Shown: positions 50,185-63,705 of the stretch, in pieces
How the letters are laid out: each line of letters opens with the position of its first letter
Numbering within the stretch: position 1 is the stretch's first letter
Source: an uncultured Acidobacteriota bacterium
GTDB taxonomy: Bacteria > Acidobacteriota > UBA6911
NCBI GenBank assembly: GCA_963809485.1
Contig: CAWEJX010000020.1
Span: 1,300,234-1,364,233, forward strand
Direction: 5' to 3'
Length of the DNA stretch: 64,000 nt
The notes under the pieces: model-generated
Database searches by the model: none
Seen by the model: only the letters and a program-made list of their open reading frames with translations
Told to the model about the DNA's origin: nothing
Position numbers and translations under genes: made by a program

Positions 50185-51060
50185 TCAGGCATTTAGTCCC
50201 AATAATTTCTCCGGATTGGTTTTGATCATAAGAGTAATTTCATCCTCGGTGATGCCGTATTTAAGCAACGTGATGATGAACATCCTCAAGCCTTCGACGG
50301 GCAGCGGATTAAAACTCTGGCCGAGATCCGTTGAGACAATACATCGTTCGGGCCCCACGGCTCTGATTACATCGACCATTTCGGCGGGATCGCGCCGGAA
50401 CTCGGAAGCCAGAAGAGCTATAAAAGTGAATTCAATGAAAGCTCCATTTCCCGCCAGTTGGACCAGGTCGTCTTTACTGAAAGCCTGAGAAAAGAACTCG
50501 TGGTCCAAGGGATGCGTGACTACAAATTTGTTTATCCCCAGCCTGCGAGCCTCCTTTTCCAGCGCAAATGTCTCGGCCGGAGACATGTGACCGCTGGCCA
50601 GAACCATATCGTATTCCTTAATGATGGCGAGTATCGGATTAATCTCCGGCAATAAATGCCCACTGCAATCAAGAATCGAAAACCCTTCGCCTTCGAGGGG
50701 AACACCAAGTTCCCGCATTATTGCCCTGGAGTTGGCGGAGGAGAATGTCGGCATCCAAACTACGCGCGCGCCTGCCCTGGCGGAATACGCTACCGCATAC
50801 GCATTCAGCCCTCCTATTTCATAATCCAGACAAATGCTTCCGAACACATTGAAGTCGGGCACGAGAGGATTCACCATCGCCGCTATCGGCGCGGTAGGAA
50901 CGAAATGGTCCTTTATCACAATAGCTTTCATTCCGGCCTGTCTTGCCTGTCTGGCAGTTTCCAGCGCATCTAAACGGCAGAAGGCATCCGTGCCGGGATG
51001 AAGATGCATATCGATCGCTCCGGATAATAACTTGTCATAATCGATGAGTCTTACGACCAT
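50185..51060 (-). CDS. Amidohydrolase-superfamily metalloenzyme (DUF6282-like)
   Basis: IDMHLHPG, IKDH, VWMPT, SGH.SP.E, VTHP, STDLGQ, NPEKLL. Confidence 0.8.
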   Translation of the reverse strand: MVVRLIDYDKLLSGAIDMHLHPGTDAFCRLDALETARQARQAGMKAIVIKDHFVPTAPIAAMVNPLVPDFNVFGSICLDYEIGGLNAYAVAYSARAGARVVWMPTFSSANSRAIMRELGVPLEGEGFSILDCSGHLLPEINPILAIIKEYDMVLASGHMSPAETFALEKEARRLGINKFVVTHPLDHEFFSQAFSKDDLVQLAGNGAFIEFTFIALLASEFRRDPAEMVDVIRAVGPERCIVSTDLGQSFNPLPVEGLRMFIITLLKYGITEDEITLMIKTNPEKLLGLNA

Positions 51061-51180
51061 GCTTGGCTCCTTTGACTAATGCCTCGGTTCTGGACGATCG
51101 CCAACGCGGTATTTCCCTGCTCTATACTTGAGAGAACGAATGGATCCGCATTCCCTTTGCGATCCTGAATCGCAATTTGT

Positions 51181-52137
51181 TTACTTGATCGTTTTGGCGA
51201 CGCGGAAGCCAAGGTAGCTGCGACCGCGAGTATCCGGCGCATACACATAGGCTCGATTCGCTGAGCGCAGCGTCTTTGCATTGCTCTCAAATGAATTGGA
51301 GCGGAATCCGCGCACGGAGCAATTGCCGCTTTTTACCGCAGAGCCATCCGCCGGCAGCCGAGCGCCGTTCGGATTCGTAGCAATCTTCCACCCACTGATA
51401 GACATTGCCATACATGTCGCATAAGCCGAAAGCATTCGTCGGGAATGAACATACCGGAGATGTTGAGTTTTCCCATTTGTCTCGCCCTTCAGCCATCCCT
51501 CCCAGATCCGGACCGGCATCCTTTCCGTAATTAGCATAATCGTGGCTCGGTTCGTTGCCCCACCAATAAACCGTGGTAGAGCCTGCGCGGGCCGCATATT
51601 CGAATTCCGATTCCGACAAAAGGCGATATTGTCTCTTTGCCAATCTTGCTGTTGAGCCAGTGGATGAAGGCCTGTGCATCCCACCAACTGACGCCGACAA
51701 CTGGATGATTGCCACGGACATGGCCGACATAGTTCTGGATTGGCTTGCCGTCGCGGTCTAATCTGAGTGCAGCTTCCACGGAGGGGCCGTCGCACGCGCG
51801 GTCGCGACACACATGCTCCCACTGATCCCAGGTAATCGGTGCTTTGCTTACTGCGAACGAATATCGCGATCACAACAGTGTGCTGTCCTTCGTCTGCGTC
51901 CCGATCTTTCTCCGTCTCCGGCGAACCCATGATAAATGTGCCGGGTGGAATAATCACCATCTCAGGACACGTCGCGCAATCCCTGAAAACTTTGCCTGCA
52001 GGATCGGCAGCTTTAGTGCATGCCGTCGATCCTGCCGTTATGGTCAGCACAGCAATGATTATCAGGGGAATTCCAAGGCGCGCCGCATAAAGACACATCC
52101 AGGATGGTGCTGTAGACTTTCTTTTTATAGGCAACAT
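51181..52137 (-). CDS. FGE-sulfatase (SUMF1) domain protein, exported (frameshifted)
   Basis: [56 protein letters not shown]. Confidence 0.8.
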   Translation of the reverse strand: MLPIKRKSTAPSWMCLYAARLGIPLIIIAVLTITAGSTACTKAADPAGKVFRDCATCPEMVIIPPGTFIMGSPETEKDRDADEGQHTVVIAIFVRSKQSTDYLGSVGACVSRPRVRRPLRGSCTQIRPRRQANPELCRPCPWQSSSCRRQLVGCTGLHPLAQQQDWQRDNIAFCRNRNSNMRPAQALPRFIGGATNRATIMLITERMPVRIWEGWLKGETNGKTQHLRYVHSRRMLSAYATCMAMSISGWKIATNPNGARLPADGSAVKSGNCSVRGFRSNSFESNAKTLRSANRAYVYAPDTRGRSYLGFRVAKTIK

Positions 52138-52227
52138 CGATTTTCCTCCTGCCGCCTCTATCGACATAATATAGCTGGGATGTGGGCCGGCCTTGTCCTC
52201 CACGAGTCGCTGATGCACCGCAGCAAG

Positions 52228-54161
52228 CTATTTGATGTGCGGATTATATCTGATTGCGCCGGTTTTCTGATCGCGGGAATAATGCTTGGCAAAATCCCAT
52301 GCAATCCTTGCATATTCGGGATAGAGCGCGTGAATCAGATGCTCCGTATAGTTTAAAGCGACCATCGGAATTCCATCGCCATTGTTCAAATACCAGCAAT
52401 AGTTGTCGTACTCATTATTGAGCTTGATCCTCTCAAAACGGTCGGCCTTAAAACCGTTGACGGGATGCGCCGCGAAATCATAGGCATCGATCGTCTTTAT
52501 GCCATTGTAGCCAAGGAAGAGGTTGAGTTGGGTTTGGTAAGTGACGGCGATGTTGCCGCCTGCTTGATCGAAAGCGCCCGGAAGATCGAACGATGACGTC
52601 GTGAACATCACCGGCATATGAGCCTTCTTCAACTGGGCCGCCTGTTCCGCGGTGGCGGTATAGGCGGCGGCAGCCATGGGAACCGCTGCGGCAAACACAA
52701 ACGGATCGCCATTGACGGCCTTGAGCGTTGCAGCGCCCCCCATCGAGTAACCGGTGACGTAAACGCGAGATGGATCCAACGCAGGATATGTCTTGAGAAT
52801 GTGCTTCACATATTTGGGCAAAATGTTGCACAGCAAGCCTTGAAGGGTTGGGTCGTTGGTCCTCGCGAAATTAAGGTATTGATGCTCCGGCGCGACCATG
52901 GCAAAGCGCTCGGACCCGGCCAGGTCAAGCAGGCCGATTTCATCCACAAACACTCGGGGATCGTCTCCACCTCCATGCATGGCAAGAATCAGCGGCACAG
53001 TCCCTGCGGGCGCCGTCCCCTTCAGCACTTCGTCCGGAAGATATTCAAACCAGGTCTGCAGGTATTCGCCGTCTTTCGATTTCATGTCATTGAACATTTC
53101 CGATGTCTTGCGGATTACGTGAATGCCGTCTTGCGTTACGCCATTTATCACGGCATTTCTGCGGCACAAGGAATAGGGAGCTTCATCGAAGTTATACCCC
53201 TGGTATGGAGTGGATGCGGAGTACAGCCCCTGCTTGATGACGGGCACTCGCATCGCTTTTATAAACATGTTGTAGTAGGCGTCTTTAATGTATTTGGCGG
53301 CGTCCGGTTTTCCAGCTTCCCTGGCAACAACGACTTTCTTGAGCGGGAACGCCTGGTTGAAATATGTCTCGATGCCGCTTGCGTTCATGTAGGCATCGAC
53401 ATCATTCGCCTTCCTGTATTTCGCAACAACTGATTCGGCGCGTTTACTAGATACACGGGAACCAGGGCCGCAACGCTGCGAACGTTGTCCATTGTGCCGT
53501 TGATCAGCAGCATGCCGGCAATACGGCTGACGTAATCAAATGTTCCCGCAACGTAGTTGTTGAGGAATGTTGCGCCGCCGTCGATGCCGATGACATAGGT
53601 GTAGCCGTATCCGCCGAAGTACTCGGCGTCGGAGTAGTATGTCGTCGCATTTCCGCTTCTTTCATAGGCCTTTTGAGCCAGCAGGGCAGTTTGAAGGGCG
53701 TAATAGTATTTCTGATCGTTGGCGGTGAACCCGGCTTTAGGATCCGATGGAGTGACCAGCACAATGCTGCCAATTGCCTCATCGATGATCCTGGTTAGAT
53801 CCAAGCTTTTAAGGTACGCAAGCGCGGCATCTTTGCCTGAGAAAGATTTCTCAGCAAATAGCAGGATATCTGTATTAAGCCTGGCCGCGGCGCGCCCTCC
53901 GAATAGATTCGCGGAGCGGTACACATAGGTGGATCCCTTGGGATAGCCATCCAGAACGGGATGGGACTTGAACGACTTACCGTTGTTGGTTTCCAGTTGG
54001 GCGACGGCTGCAGGACTGCTTGCGCGGGTCTCTTCCAAGGTTTCGAAAGTGGCAGGATTTCCCTGGCTGCCCGAGTAATTCAGCGCAAAAGCGCTGAAGG
54101 AAGGCAATAAACTTATGGTAAGCGCCAGGATAATTGTCAGAGACAGCTTCTTATGGAACAT
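52228..54161 (-). CDS. Secreted alpha/beta-hydrolase (PHB-depolymerase-like C-terminal domain), one frameshift near 53420
   Basis: Signal peptide, PLILAMHGGGD, DPSRVYVTGYSMGG, H.LYP..A..AWDF. Confidence 0.7.
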
Positions 54162-54276
54162 AGCTTGATCCTCCTAATTTCTCTTCAAAGCTCATGCATG
54201 CAAGCCCCATGATATCCGCACTTCACTGTAACCGCAATTCTGAGGTTGAAAAACATATGCAGCGGACAGCGTTAAT

Positions 54277-54313
54277 AAAAAAGCCCCGAGGGAATGATTC
54301 CCTCAGGGCTTTT
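54277..54313 (-). terminator. Intrinsic terminator
   Basis: Minus strand aaaagccctgagggaa-tca-ttccctcggggc-tttttt, downstream of 54380-55315. Confidence 0.75.
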
Positions 54314-54379
54314 CCTTCTCAACTTCAGGTGTCACGGATTCCGCAAAATGATTGCCGTGTAATCCAGCGGCAAATCCAC

Positions 54380-55315
54380 TTATTTGCAGATTGGTTCGTT
54401 CGGCCAGCCCATTGATTTGGAGCCGGCGCCAATGACGGATTGAATCAAATCCACTTTGCCATTTCGCATCCGGAACATATGGAAATCCGGCAGGCTGCCT
54501 GTGAAATGCACATAGGCGACAACCGTTCCTGCTTCCACATCTACCAGGAAACGCCGTGGGCCGTGGTTTGTAATAACCAAGCCCTTCGGAGAGCAGTCAT
54601 GCGCCGTCATCTTAACGCCGCCCATCACTCCTCCTCCCTTGGTTGTCTGAAAGCCGTTCTCCCAGCGATCACAAACGCTGGCGAATGGGGTGCGCACCTT
54701 GGGATTTTCGGTGAACATATCATAATAATCATCGGCGGCAGCAATCATGGCCAGCCGGCTGCTTCGCTGTTCCACAGGGATGATGCTTTCCCAATCCTGG
54801 TCTTTGGTTTCCAGCACGGTTGCGGCATTGAACGCAAATTCAGTTTCCCGGGCGACGAACGTTTCAATCTCCGTAATCTGTTGATTTTCAACTTTGAGCC
54901 GAACTCCATAGAGAATAGGCCGAATGGTGCCATCCGCAGGCGGCTTCGCCGATAGGCTGGCAAAAGGTGATTTTGGGGCCGGCGCTGTTGTCTTGGGGGC
55001 TGTGTATTTCTCTTCAATCACGACATTGGAATGCGTGCCGCACTTATAGGTGTCGATCAGATCGCGTTTGAGCAAGGTTTTTCCTGCGGTTTTCCAAAAG
55101 CCTTCTCCTACGGGCATCTCGACGCCATTTTCCGTGAATTTCACCTTGGCAGCGAGCGGAAGACTCGATGGATTGTGCGCCTCGAGGGCGCTGAAATATT
55201 GTCCGATAATTCCCTTAAGGCCATCGCGTGTGCAGGCCGATTGCGCGTAGGCCGTGACGAGACTGCCGCAGGCCATCATTATTAAAGCTAAAAAGCATTG
55301 TGCAATTCGTTTCAT
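54380..55315 (-). CDS. Secreted hypothetical protein, homolog of 16046-16984
   Basis: Signal peptide, CTRDGL...YF.AL, KFTENG, ITEIE, AADDYYD, CDRWENG, RRFLVD, PDFHMFR. Confidence 0.75.
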   Translation of the reverse strand: MKRIAQCFLALIMMACGSLVTAYAQSACTRDGLKGIIGQYFSALEAHNPSSLPLAAKVKFTENGVEMPVGEGFWKTAGKTLLKRDLIDTYKCGTHSNVVIEEKYTAPKTTAPAPKSPFASLSAKPPADGTIRPILYGVRLKVENQQITEIETFVARETEFAFNAATVLETKDQDWESIIPVEQRSSRLAMIAAADDYYDMFTENPKVRTPFASVCDRWENGFQTTKGGGVMGGVKMTAHDCSPKGLVITNHGPRRFLVDVEAGTVVAYVHFTGSLPDFHMFRMRNGKVDLIQSVIGAGSKSMGWPNEPICK

Positions 55316-55765
55316 CCCGTAATTCTCCTAAAAAAGGTTGAAAGGGCAGCCATGGATTATTCCGAAGCGTCATTCTCAGCTAAAAAATGTCGGAAGCTAC
55401 TATATCACAGCAGGAGTTCGGCAACAGGCGTCCGTTGCTATGCCTGTCCGATTTACTTATGCCCTGGATAAGCCCGCTTCTGCCATAGATAAATTGGAAC
55501 AATCATTTCAAATGTTGAGCGATCGACAATTTCTATTTTACTATGTTGCCTTTGTTACGTCTCTGAGTCAACATACTTGTCACATTATACGACATAGATT
55601 ATGCTGTATACACTCCTTCTTTTCCAGCTCCGCTTTTGGACCGGACAAAGTGCGGGATAATGCATATGAGGCAGGATGATGTTTCAAGAGCGCCATAAGG
55701 CGCAACCGAATATACAGCAGACCAGTACTGTAACAATGGAATTGCTATTGCCCGGAATGGCCGTT

Positions 55766-55847
55766 TTGGGAGTGCGCAAGCTTGCTTGCGCCTTCTGCGC
55801 GAAGCTAGCTTCGCGCCAAAAAAGCGGCAGCAAGCTCCGCACTCCAA
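55766..55847. repeat. REP-like palindromic element
   Basis: ggagtgcgcaagcttgc...gcagcaagctccgcactcc with an inner cgcgaagctagcttcgcg palindrome. Confidence 0.7.
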
Positions 55848-55908
55848 GTGTCGCGCGCTGGGACATCGCTATCGATTCGTCTGCAACAGACCAAGGAGGA
55901 GAAAAACA

Positions 55909-57069
<1,161 letters not shown>

Positions 57070-57197
57070 ACGCTGCCGGCGCCGTTTGTAAGAAAACTGA
57101 AAGAACGGATCAGATTTGGAAGTCCATGTGAGGATTCGCGCCCAAATCCATTTTCCACCGGGTTAAACGCGGGATGCATCTGTAAGGAGAATCGATT

Positions 57198-57788
57198 ATG
57201 ACAAAAACCAATGATCGCCATCGCACCATGAAATCAAAATTGAGACTGCTGACTATTCTGACCGCTCTGGTATTTACGGCGGCCTGTTCCAAGACGCCTG
57301 CTACGACGCCGCCTGAACTGACAGAGCTGGTGGAGCGCGCGGCCATCGAGGACCTTTTCAACGATTACTATTCGCTGTTCGGGCCGAACGGCCAACATGA
57401 TTTTATGTCCTACTTTACCGCTGACGGCAGACTCGAGGTCAACGGGTTGGTCGCTAATGGCCACGACGAGATCAAAGCCATGTATGTCCAGGCTGGAATA
57501 GGCGATGAGGGAAAAGCGCAGAAAGCTGAAGCCGCCGTGCCGGAGGGGGCATCCGAGATGATGTACACGAATCTGAAGATCCTTTTACAGGGCGATAAGG
57601 CTGTTGCAACGCTGCTTTGGCACAGCGTCCAGTCGGACCTGCTGACGTCAGCACCTAAAGTGACCGAGTACGGGCGTGAACGGACGGAGCTGGTCAAGCA
57701 AGACGGGCGCTGGCTCATCAGCAAGCGCGTTATCCTAAGTGAGGGCGGTATGCCCGAGGGGATGCTGAAATCCTATCCGAAACATTAA
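57198..57788 (+). CDS. SnoaL/NTF2-like lipoprotein
   Basis: Lipobox-like FTAAC, ERAAIEDL...Y, FTADG, LVKQDGRWLISKR. Confidence 0.75.
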   Translation: MTKTNDRHRTMKSKLRLLTILTALVFTAACSKTPATTPPELTELVERAAIEDLFNDYYSLFGPNGQHDFMSYFTADGRLEVNGLVANGHDEIKAMYVQAGIGDEGKAQKAEAAVPEGASEMMYTNLKILLQGDKAVATLLWHSVQSDLLTSAPKVTEYGRERTELVKQDGRWLISKRVILSEGGMPEGMLKSYPKH

Positions 57789-57873
57789 ACCGCATTTCTC
57801 ACCGGGTTTCGTCGCGAGGCGGCGCAGACATATCCATTTGCGCCGCTTCAGAAATCTGGTGAGAATGCAGGGT
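57788..57873. repeat. Palindromic REP/MITE-like element
   Basis: gcatttctcaccgggtttc / gaaatctggtgagaatgc outer IR and gcggcgca/tgcgccgc inner IR. Confidence 0.6.
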
Positions 57874-57938
57874 AAAGGCGTCAGTCTGATTCTTAGCTCT
57901 AGCCAAGGCGTGTTTGTTCTTCTAAGGAGGCAACCTTA

Positions 57939-59519
57939 ATGAAGAAATCCCTTCTGACTGCAATATTCGTAATTCTTTCAGCCGGATCCTGCCTCGCGCA
58001 GGCGCCCGCTCCTGTCAAGATCGAGGGGGGAATTGTGCAAGGGGCCGTCGAGGACGGGCTGTCGGTTTACAGAGGCATACCGTTCGCAGCGTCGCCAGTC
58101 GGCGACCTCCGCTGGCGCGCTCCTCAGCCGGTGGTGAAATGGGATGGCGTGAAGGAAACCGTAAAGTTCGCTCCCGCGTGCATACAGGGCATGATGATGG
58201 GCCCCGGAGGAAGCGGCCCGGCTCCGAGCGAGGACTGCCTGTACTTAAACATCTGGAGCCCGGCGAAGACGCAGCGCGATCGCGTTCCCGTTTTTGTGTG
58301 GATCTACGGCGGCGGATTCGCCATGGGCTCTACTTCCGAAGCCACATTTAGCGGAGAGACGCTTGCAAAAAAGGGAGTGATGCTGGTGAGCATTGCCTAC
58401 CGCGTGGGACAAATGGGCTTCTTCGTGCACCCGGAGTTGAGCGCCGAGACCAAGAACCACGTATCGGGGAACTACGGCATTCTGGACATGATCGCTGGTC
58501 TTCAATGGATTCGGAAAAATATAGCCGCATTCGGCGGCGACCCCCACCGCGTGACCATCTTCGGCGAGTCGGCCGGAGGAATCGCCGTCAGCATGCGTGT
58601 GCATCGGGCCAAAGGGCTATTCGAAGGCGAATCTCACCGCGTTCGTTCGGCCCCCCGAGGCCTGCAACCATGCCCGGGGCAGAACATGAAACTGAGATGC
58701 GGAGCCGGTCGAAAGCACGCTCAGAACGGCCGGCGTATCATCGCGGAGGCGCGGAAGCTCTCTCGATAGGCTTTCCGGAGGCGGTGTCCCGGTCAACCTG
58801 CTCGTGGCGGTGTCGGCCCGGCCGGCCTGAGCAATTGGCCGATCATCGATGGATGGGTGATTCCGGACGATCAATTCAAGCTCTATGAAGCGAAGCGGTA
58901 CAACGACGTTCCGGTTCTGATTGGCTACAATTCCGACGAGGGCTTGAGCTTCTCTCCCCCACGGACTGCGGAAGATTACATTGCCAGTGTGAAGTCGCGC
59001 TTCGGCCCGTTCGCCGATCAACTCATCGCGGCCTATCCTCCTGGAACAGGAACGGTGGCCAAGACCGCGCGCGACCTGATGCGCGACGCAGCATTCGGCT
59101 GGCACACCTGGATCTGGGCGCGGTTGCAGTCGAAAACCGGCAATTCCAAGGTGTTTTACTACTACTTCGATCAGCACCCGGATTATCCCGCCGATTCACC
59201 GCAAGCCGGACAAGGATCGCCGCATGGGCAGGAAGTGTCCTACGTTTTCCAGCACCTGAATCCGAATCAGAAGCCTTCCAAGTGGGATGAGGCGATTTCT
59301 GAGGCTATGGCCACATACTGGACGAACTTCGCCAAATTCGGCGATCCCAACGGCCCAGGCCTCCCCAAGTGGCCAGCGTTCAGCGACGACAACCCCGTGC
59401 TGATGTACTTTGCCCAGACGCCTCATACTGGGCCGGTTCCCAGCGCTGACGCGCTAAAGGTCATGGATCAGTATTTTGCCTGGAGACGAACTCCGGAGGG
59501 TGAAGCCTTTGTAAAATAA
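57939..59519 (+). CDS. Type-B carboxylesterase (pNB-esterase-like), garbled between about 58590 and 58830
   Basis: GIPFA..P.GDLRW, SEDCLYLNIW, WIYGGGF, FGGDP..VTIFGESAG, G.NSDEG, H..E..YVF, YWTNFAK.GDPN. Confidence 0.88.
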
Positions 59520-59720
59520 GTCATGCATCGATGGTATGGACGGCTCCGCGAGTTTTATGTATAGCGCTTAGTTCCCGGGGATTCCCGCATTGCTAGAGCA
59601 ATAACATCCAGGTTTTCAGCAGACTTCATGCTTCTGATGTCGAGTTTTGCTCGAGGATATTCGTATCGAAGAGGGCCGCAACGACATACAAAATCTATTC
59701 ATCATAAAAAGGGGGGCAGC

Positions 59721-61587
59721 ATGATGAAACGATATGCTTTGGTGATGAGCTTGGTTTTGTGCGGCATTGCACTTGCGTTCGAGGGCAATGCAGGCAAAGT
59801 AAATGTCGCTGGAGGCACCGTAAATGCCAACACGGGAGCCAGGGATGGAAGTGCCGCTTCCAATTCATCAACGGCCAATCGCGTCTCCCGGCCGGGCGAA
59901 TACACTGGCTATAGCGAAGCGATTTACGACGATAAATACGAGCTTACCTCACAATACGTCCAGGTGAGCGATGGTACCAAGCTCGCCATGGATCTATACC
60001 GCCCCAAGGATAAAGCCACAGGAAAGGTAATCGATACCAAGCTTCCTGTCCTATGGATGCATACACCTTATAATCGCAGATATAGTAGTAATGATAAGAC
60101 GCTAACAGGCGAGGGCTATCCGGGAACGGCGGCCAAGCTGGTGAAATATGGGTACGTGGTCGCCATTGTGGACTTTCGCGGCCTATATGCTTCCTACGGA
60201 CATAACGTGGCGTTTAACCGCGGCGAATGGCTCACCGCCTCTCGCCGGGACGCGTACGACATCACCGAATGGCTTGCCAAACAACCATGGAGCAATGGCA
60301 ATATCGGCATGTGGGGTTGTTCGGCCACTGGCGGCAGTCAGCTACAGGCGGCGACAACCGCGCCTCCCCACCTGAAGGCGATATTCCCGATGAGCTGCGA
60401 GTTCGACGCTTATTCGTTTCGTGTGCCCGGTGGCATGGCCCCAGCCAAAAGTACTGGTACCAGCGTTCCGAGCAAAGTTCAGTCCGGTCAAAAATCTCGC
60501 GATGCGGCGGCGGAACCGGTTGACGGCGATACCGATAGATCGCAGTTGAATCAAGCGATTGCAGATCACGCCGGCACGGTTGAAAACGAGGGCTACGCGC
60601 CATACCGCGACAGCGCAGCCGAGGCCATCACGGATCAAGGCGCCCAGCCGTGGTGGATCAAAAGCAGCCCTCATAACTATTTGGAACAGATAAAGGCTTC
60701 CAAAACCGCTATATATCTGGCCGCCAACTGGGACGAAGGGACCACCAAGCACGGAGCCTTCTTCACTTTTAACAATGTAACCAACCCGGCAAAACTAATC
60801 GTGGGCCCCGGAGGGCACTGCGGCTGGACCGCCGTCCAAAGCCAGACCAAGTTCGACATCACCGTTGAAGAACGCCGTTTCTTCGATTATTGGCTTAAGG
60901 GTATCGACAACGGCATAATGGAAGAGGATCGCGTATATTATTATACGTATAACGCTCCGGCCGGCTCCGAGTGGCGCTCGGCCAAACAGTGGCCGCTGCC
61001 CAATGAAAAAAGGACCAAATTCTACTTGGGCAAAGGCTCGTTGAGCACAACAGCGCCGACGGGAGTTGATCAAAAAGACGAAACCACGGTCGCGTACGAT
61101 GTCACTCCCGCCAACATGACGACCAAGGGTCTTGTATACGTAACCGCCCCGCTCAGCGCGGATGTTCAAGTCACCGGCCATCCCACCATGAACCTGTGGG
61201 TATCATCAACCGCGACTGGATGGAGACTTCATTGCCACCATTCAGGATGTCGCTCCGGACGGTACAGCCACATCGTACAACGTGAACGGGAGGCTTCGGG
61301 CCTCGTTGCGAAAGCTGCAAAAGGCGCCTTACAACAATCTCGGACTGCCATGGCATGGCTTCTATGAGGCGGATGTGACCCCGCTGACGCCCGGCAAACC
61401 GACCGAACTTGTGTTCGAAATATTGCCTATATCAATGATTTTAAAGGCCGGCCATAGCATACGGCTGGTGATAAATTTCGCAGACACGAGGTCAACGCCC
61501 AGGCTCGATCCAGCGCCGAAAGTTACGATATATCGCGATTCAACACACAAATCCTATGTTACGTTGCCAATTATAGAAGGGAGATAA
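59721..61587 (+). CDS. CocE/NonD family hydrolase, exported (one frameshift near 61220)
   Basis: DGTKLA.DLYRP, TPY, DFRG, W...QPWSNGNIGMWGCSATG, GPGGHC, C-terminal GH.IRL. Confidence 0.88.
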
Positions 61588-61763
61588 AGGCCATCACATG
61601 CCGTAGCGACCGCGGAATTTTTTGTTTTCAGATAATCCAACGTCCTGGGATAAACTCCCTTTATCAACGAAGGGCAAGTTTCCGCTTAGACAGCTTTGGG
61701 CGACGCTGCCCGTTGCCGAGGCACACTACGGTCCTGTTATGTCCACGTAATGGAGGAACAAAA

Positions 61764-63695
61764 ATGACCAACTGGCATGATTTCTTTCAAAGGCAAGGAA
61801 CGGCACCGTCCTGGCCATACGATGTGGATTATGAAAAAGAGTACGAAATTGATACCGACGTCTTGGTCATTGGCGGAGGCATAGCCGGATGTTGGGCAGC
61901 AATCAGCGCCGCCAGGAAAGGAGTCCGTGTGGCGCTGGTGGAGAAAGGCGACACCATCAGGAGCGGGGCCGGAGGACCGGGCTGCGATCACTGGTGCCAG
62001 TGTCCAGCCAATCCACACTCCAAAGTCGATCCCGACGAGTGGGCCAAAGTGCTGGCGCAGCATCCAGGCACCATGTCGGAACTGCCGAAAGGCACTCCCA
62101 AATGTTCCTATGGAAACGGCATCGGAGCGCAAATAACATGCCGGGAAAACTATGACACACTCCTCGAACTGGAACAGATGGGCGGCCAAATCAGGGACAT
62201 TCATGATGAGTATGTTGGAGCCGAAGGCAGGTACGATGAAACCAAGTTCATGTTTTCGCCCCGCACCAGCCCAAACCACGAAACCGAACTTGTTCTGCGC
62301 GTCTGGGGAGTAACGTTCAAACCTGCTCTGAAAAAGGAATGTCAGAGGCTGGGCGTCCGCATTTTCGACCGGGTTATGGTGACCAGTCTTCTGACTGAAG
62401 GAGGTATCCAGGGAGCGCGTGTTATCGGTGCCACAGGATTTAACAACCGCACCGGTGAATTCATGATTTTCAAGTCGAAAGCCGCCGTACTTGCCACCGC
62501 CGGTGACTTTTACATGTGGATGTTGAATACGGAGCATGCAGGTTGCAGGCAATTTCGTTCCCGCTGTGCAACGGGAGATGGATATGCAATAGCCTGGCGA
62601 GCAGGCGCAGAGCTTGCTTTGATGGAGCAGACAATACCGCTGATGCTGGGTACGGGGTACAAGCACAACTGGTATGGCGGCGCCGGCGATGCCAGCTATG
62701 AAAACCTGCAGATAGTGGATGCAAATGGAAAGAAGCTGCCGTGGCCGACCCAGGGCTGGCAGGATGGCGGCGCCATGTTCCCACCGCCGGAGATACGCGA
62801 CTCCATCCGCAAAGGAATCTTCAAAGGCGAATGGGCGTTGCCTTTCTACGGCGATTTCCCAGCCATGCCTGACATCGAGCGCAGAGCAACCTGGGATCTC
62901 ATGCTGGGGCAGGAATCAACTACTAAAATTATCACCAGCACCTACGAGAGAGCCGGATTCGATCCGAAAAAGCACATGCTTCAAAGCTATGCCTTCATAG
63001 AAGGTGAAACCCATTCTCAATGGCGGACAGCCAGGGGCGGCGGTCCGGTGGTTGACTGGGATCTCAAGTCGACTCTCGATGGTTTGTATGTCGCCGGCGA
63101 GCAATTGTTTTCTCACATCGATCACAGCTTCGCAGCCGCTACCGGAAGATATGCCGGGCGGAAGGCGGCCGACTATTCAAAACAGGTGGATGTATCCAAA
63201 ATATCCAAAGAGCAGGTCGCCAAGGAAAAGACACGCATCTATGCTCCGATAAAACGTACCAGCGGCATCGAATGGAAAGAGCTGAATGCCGGGATTGCAA
63301 GGACGATGCAGTATTACTGCAGTGAATTTAAAACCGAGTCGCTTCTCAATATGGGACTGGACATCTTGAAGGAAATTGAAGAAGTGTTTGTGCCGAGACT
63401 CTACGCTCTCGACCCGCATAAGTTGATGCGTAGCATCGAAGACCTGAGCATGCTGGCCCATGCGCAAATGGTCCTGACGGCTTCTCTGGCACGGAAAGCC
63501 AGCAGCGCACCTCTCAATTTCTACAGAATCGATTATCCTGAGGTGGATCCGCCCGAATGGAACAAGTATGTGACCATCAGGCTGGAAAATGGCAAGGTCA
63601 AATCCGGCGAATTGCCTTTGAATTATTGGGGCGATATGAAAGCCAATTACGAGGCTCATAACAGGGATTACACTGGAGTTTATACAGGGAAATAG
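61764..63695 (+). CDS. AprA/SdhA-superfamily flavoprotein (AprA-like), paralog 2
   Basis: Colinear and highly similar to 13797-15641 (DVLVIGGGIAGCWAAISAARK, GTGYKH.WY, HS.AAATGRYAGRKAAD, N.EAHN.DYTGVY). Confidence 0.88.
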   Translation: MTNWHDFFQRQGTAPSWPYDVDYEKEYEIDTDVLVIGGGIAGCWAAISAARKGVRVALVEKGDTIRSGAGGPGCDHWCQCPANPHSKVDPDEWAKVLAQHPGTMSELPKGTPKCSYGNGIGAQITCRENYDTLLELEQMGGQIRDIHDEYVGAEGRYDETKFMFSPRTSPNHETELVLRVWGVTFKPALKKECQRLGVRIFDRVMVTSLLTEGGIQGARVIGATGFNNRTGEFMIFKSKAAVLATAGDFYMWMLNTEHAGCRQFRSRCATGDGYAIAWRAGAELALMEQTIPLMLGTGYKHNWYGGAGDASYENLQIVDANGKKLPWPTQGWQDGGAMFPPPEIRDSIRKGIFKGEWALPFYGDFPAMPDIERRATWDLMLGQESTTKIITSTYERAGFDPKKHMLQSYAFIEGETHSQWRTARGGGPVVDWDLKSTLDGLYVAGEQLFSHIDHSFAAATGRYAGRKAADYSKQVDVSKISKEQVAKEKTRIYAPIKRTSGIEWKELNAGIARTMQYYCSEFKTESLLNMGLDILKEIEEVFVPRLYALDPHKLMRSIEDLSMLAHAQMVLTASLARKASSAPLNFYRIDYPEVDPPEWNKYVTIRLENGKVKSGELPLNYWGDMKANYEAHNRDYTGVYTGK

Positions 63696-63705
63696 GAAGG
63701 CTGCG

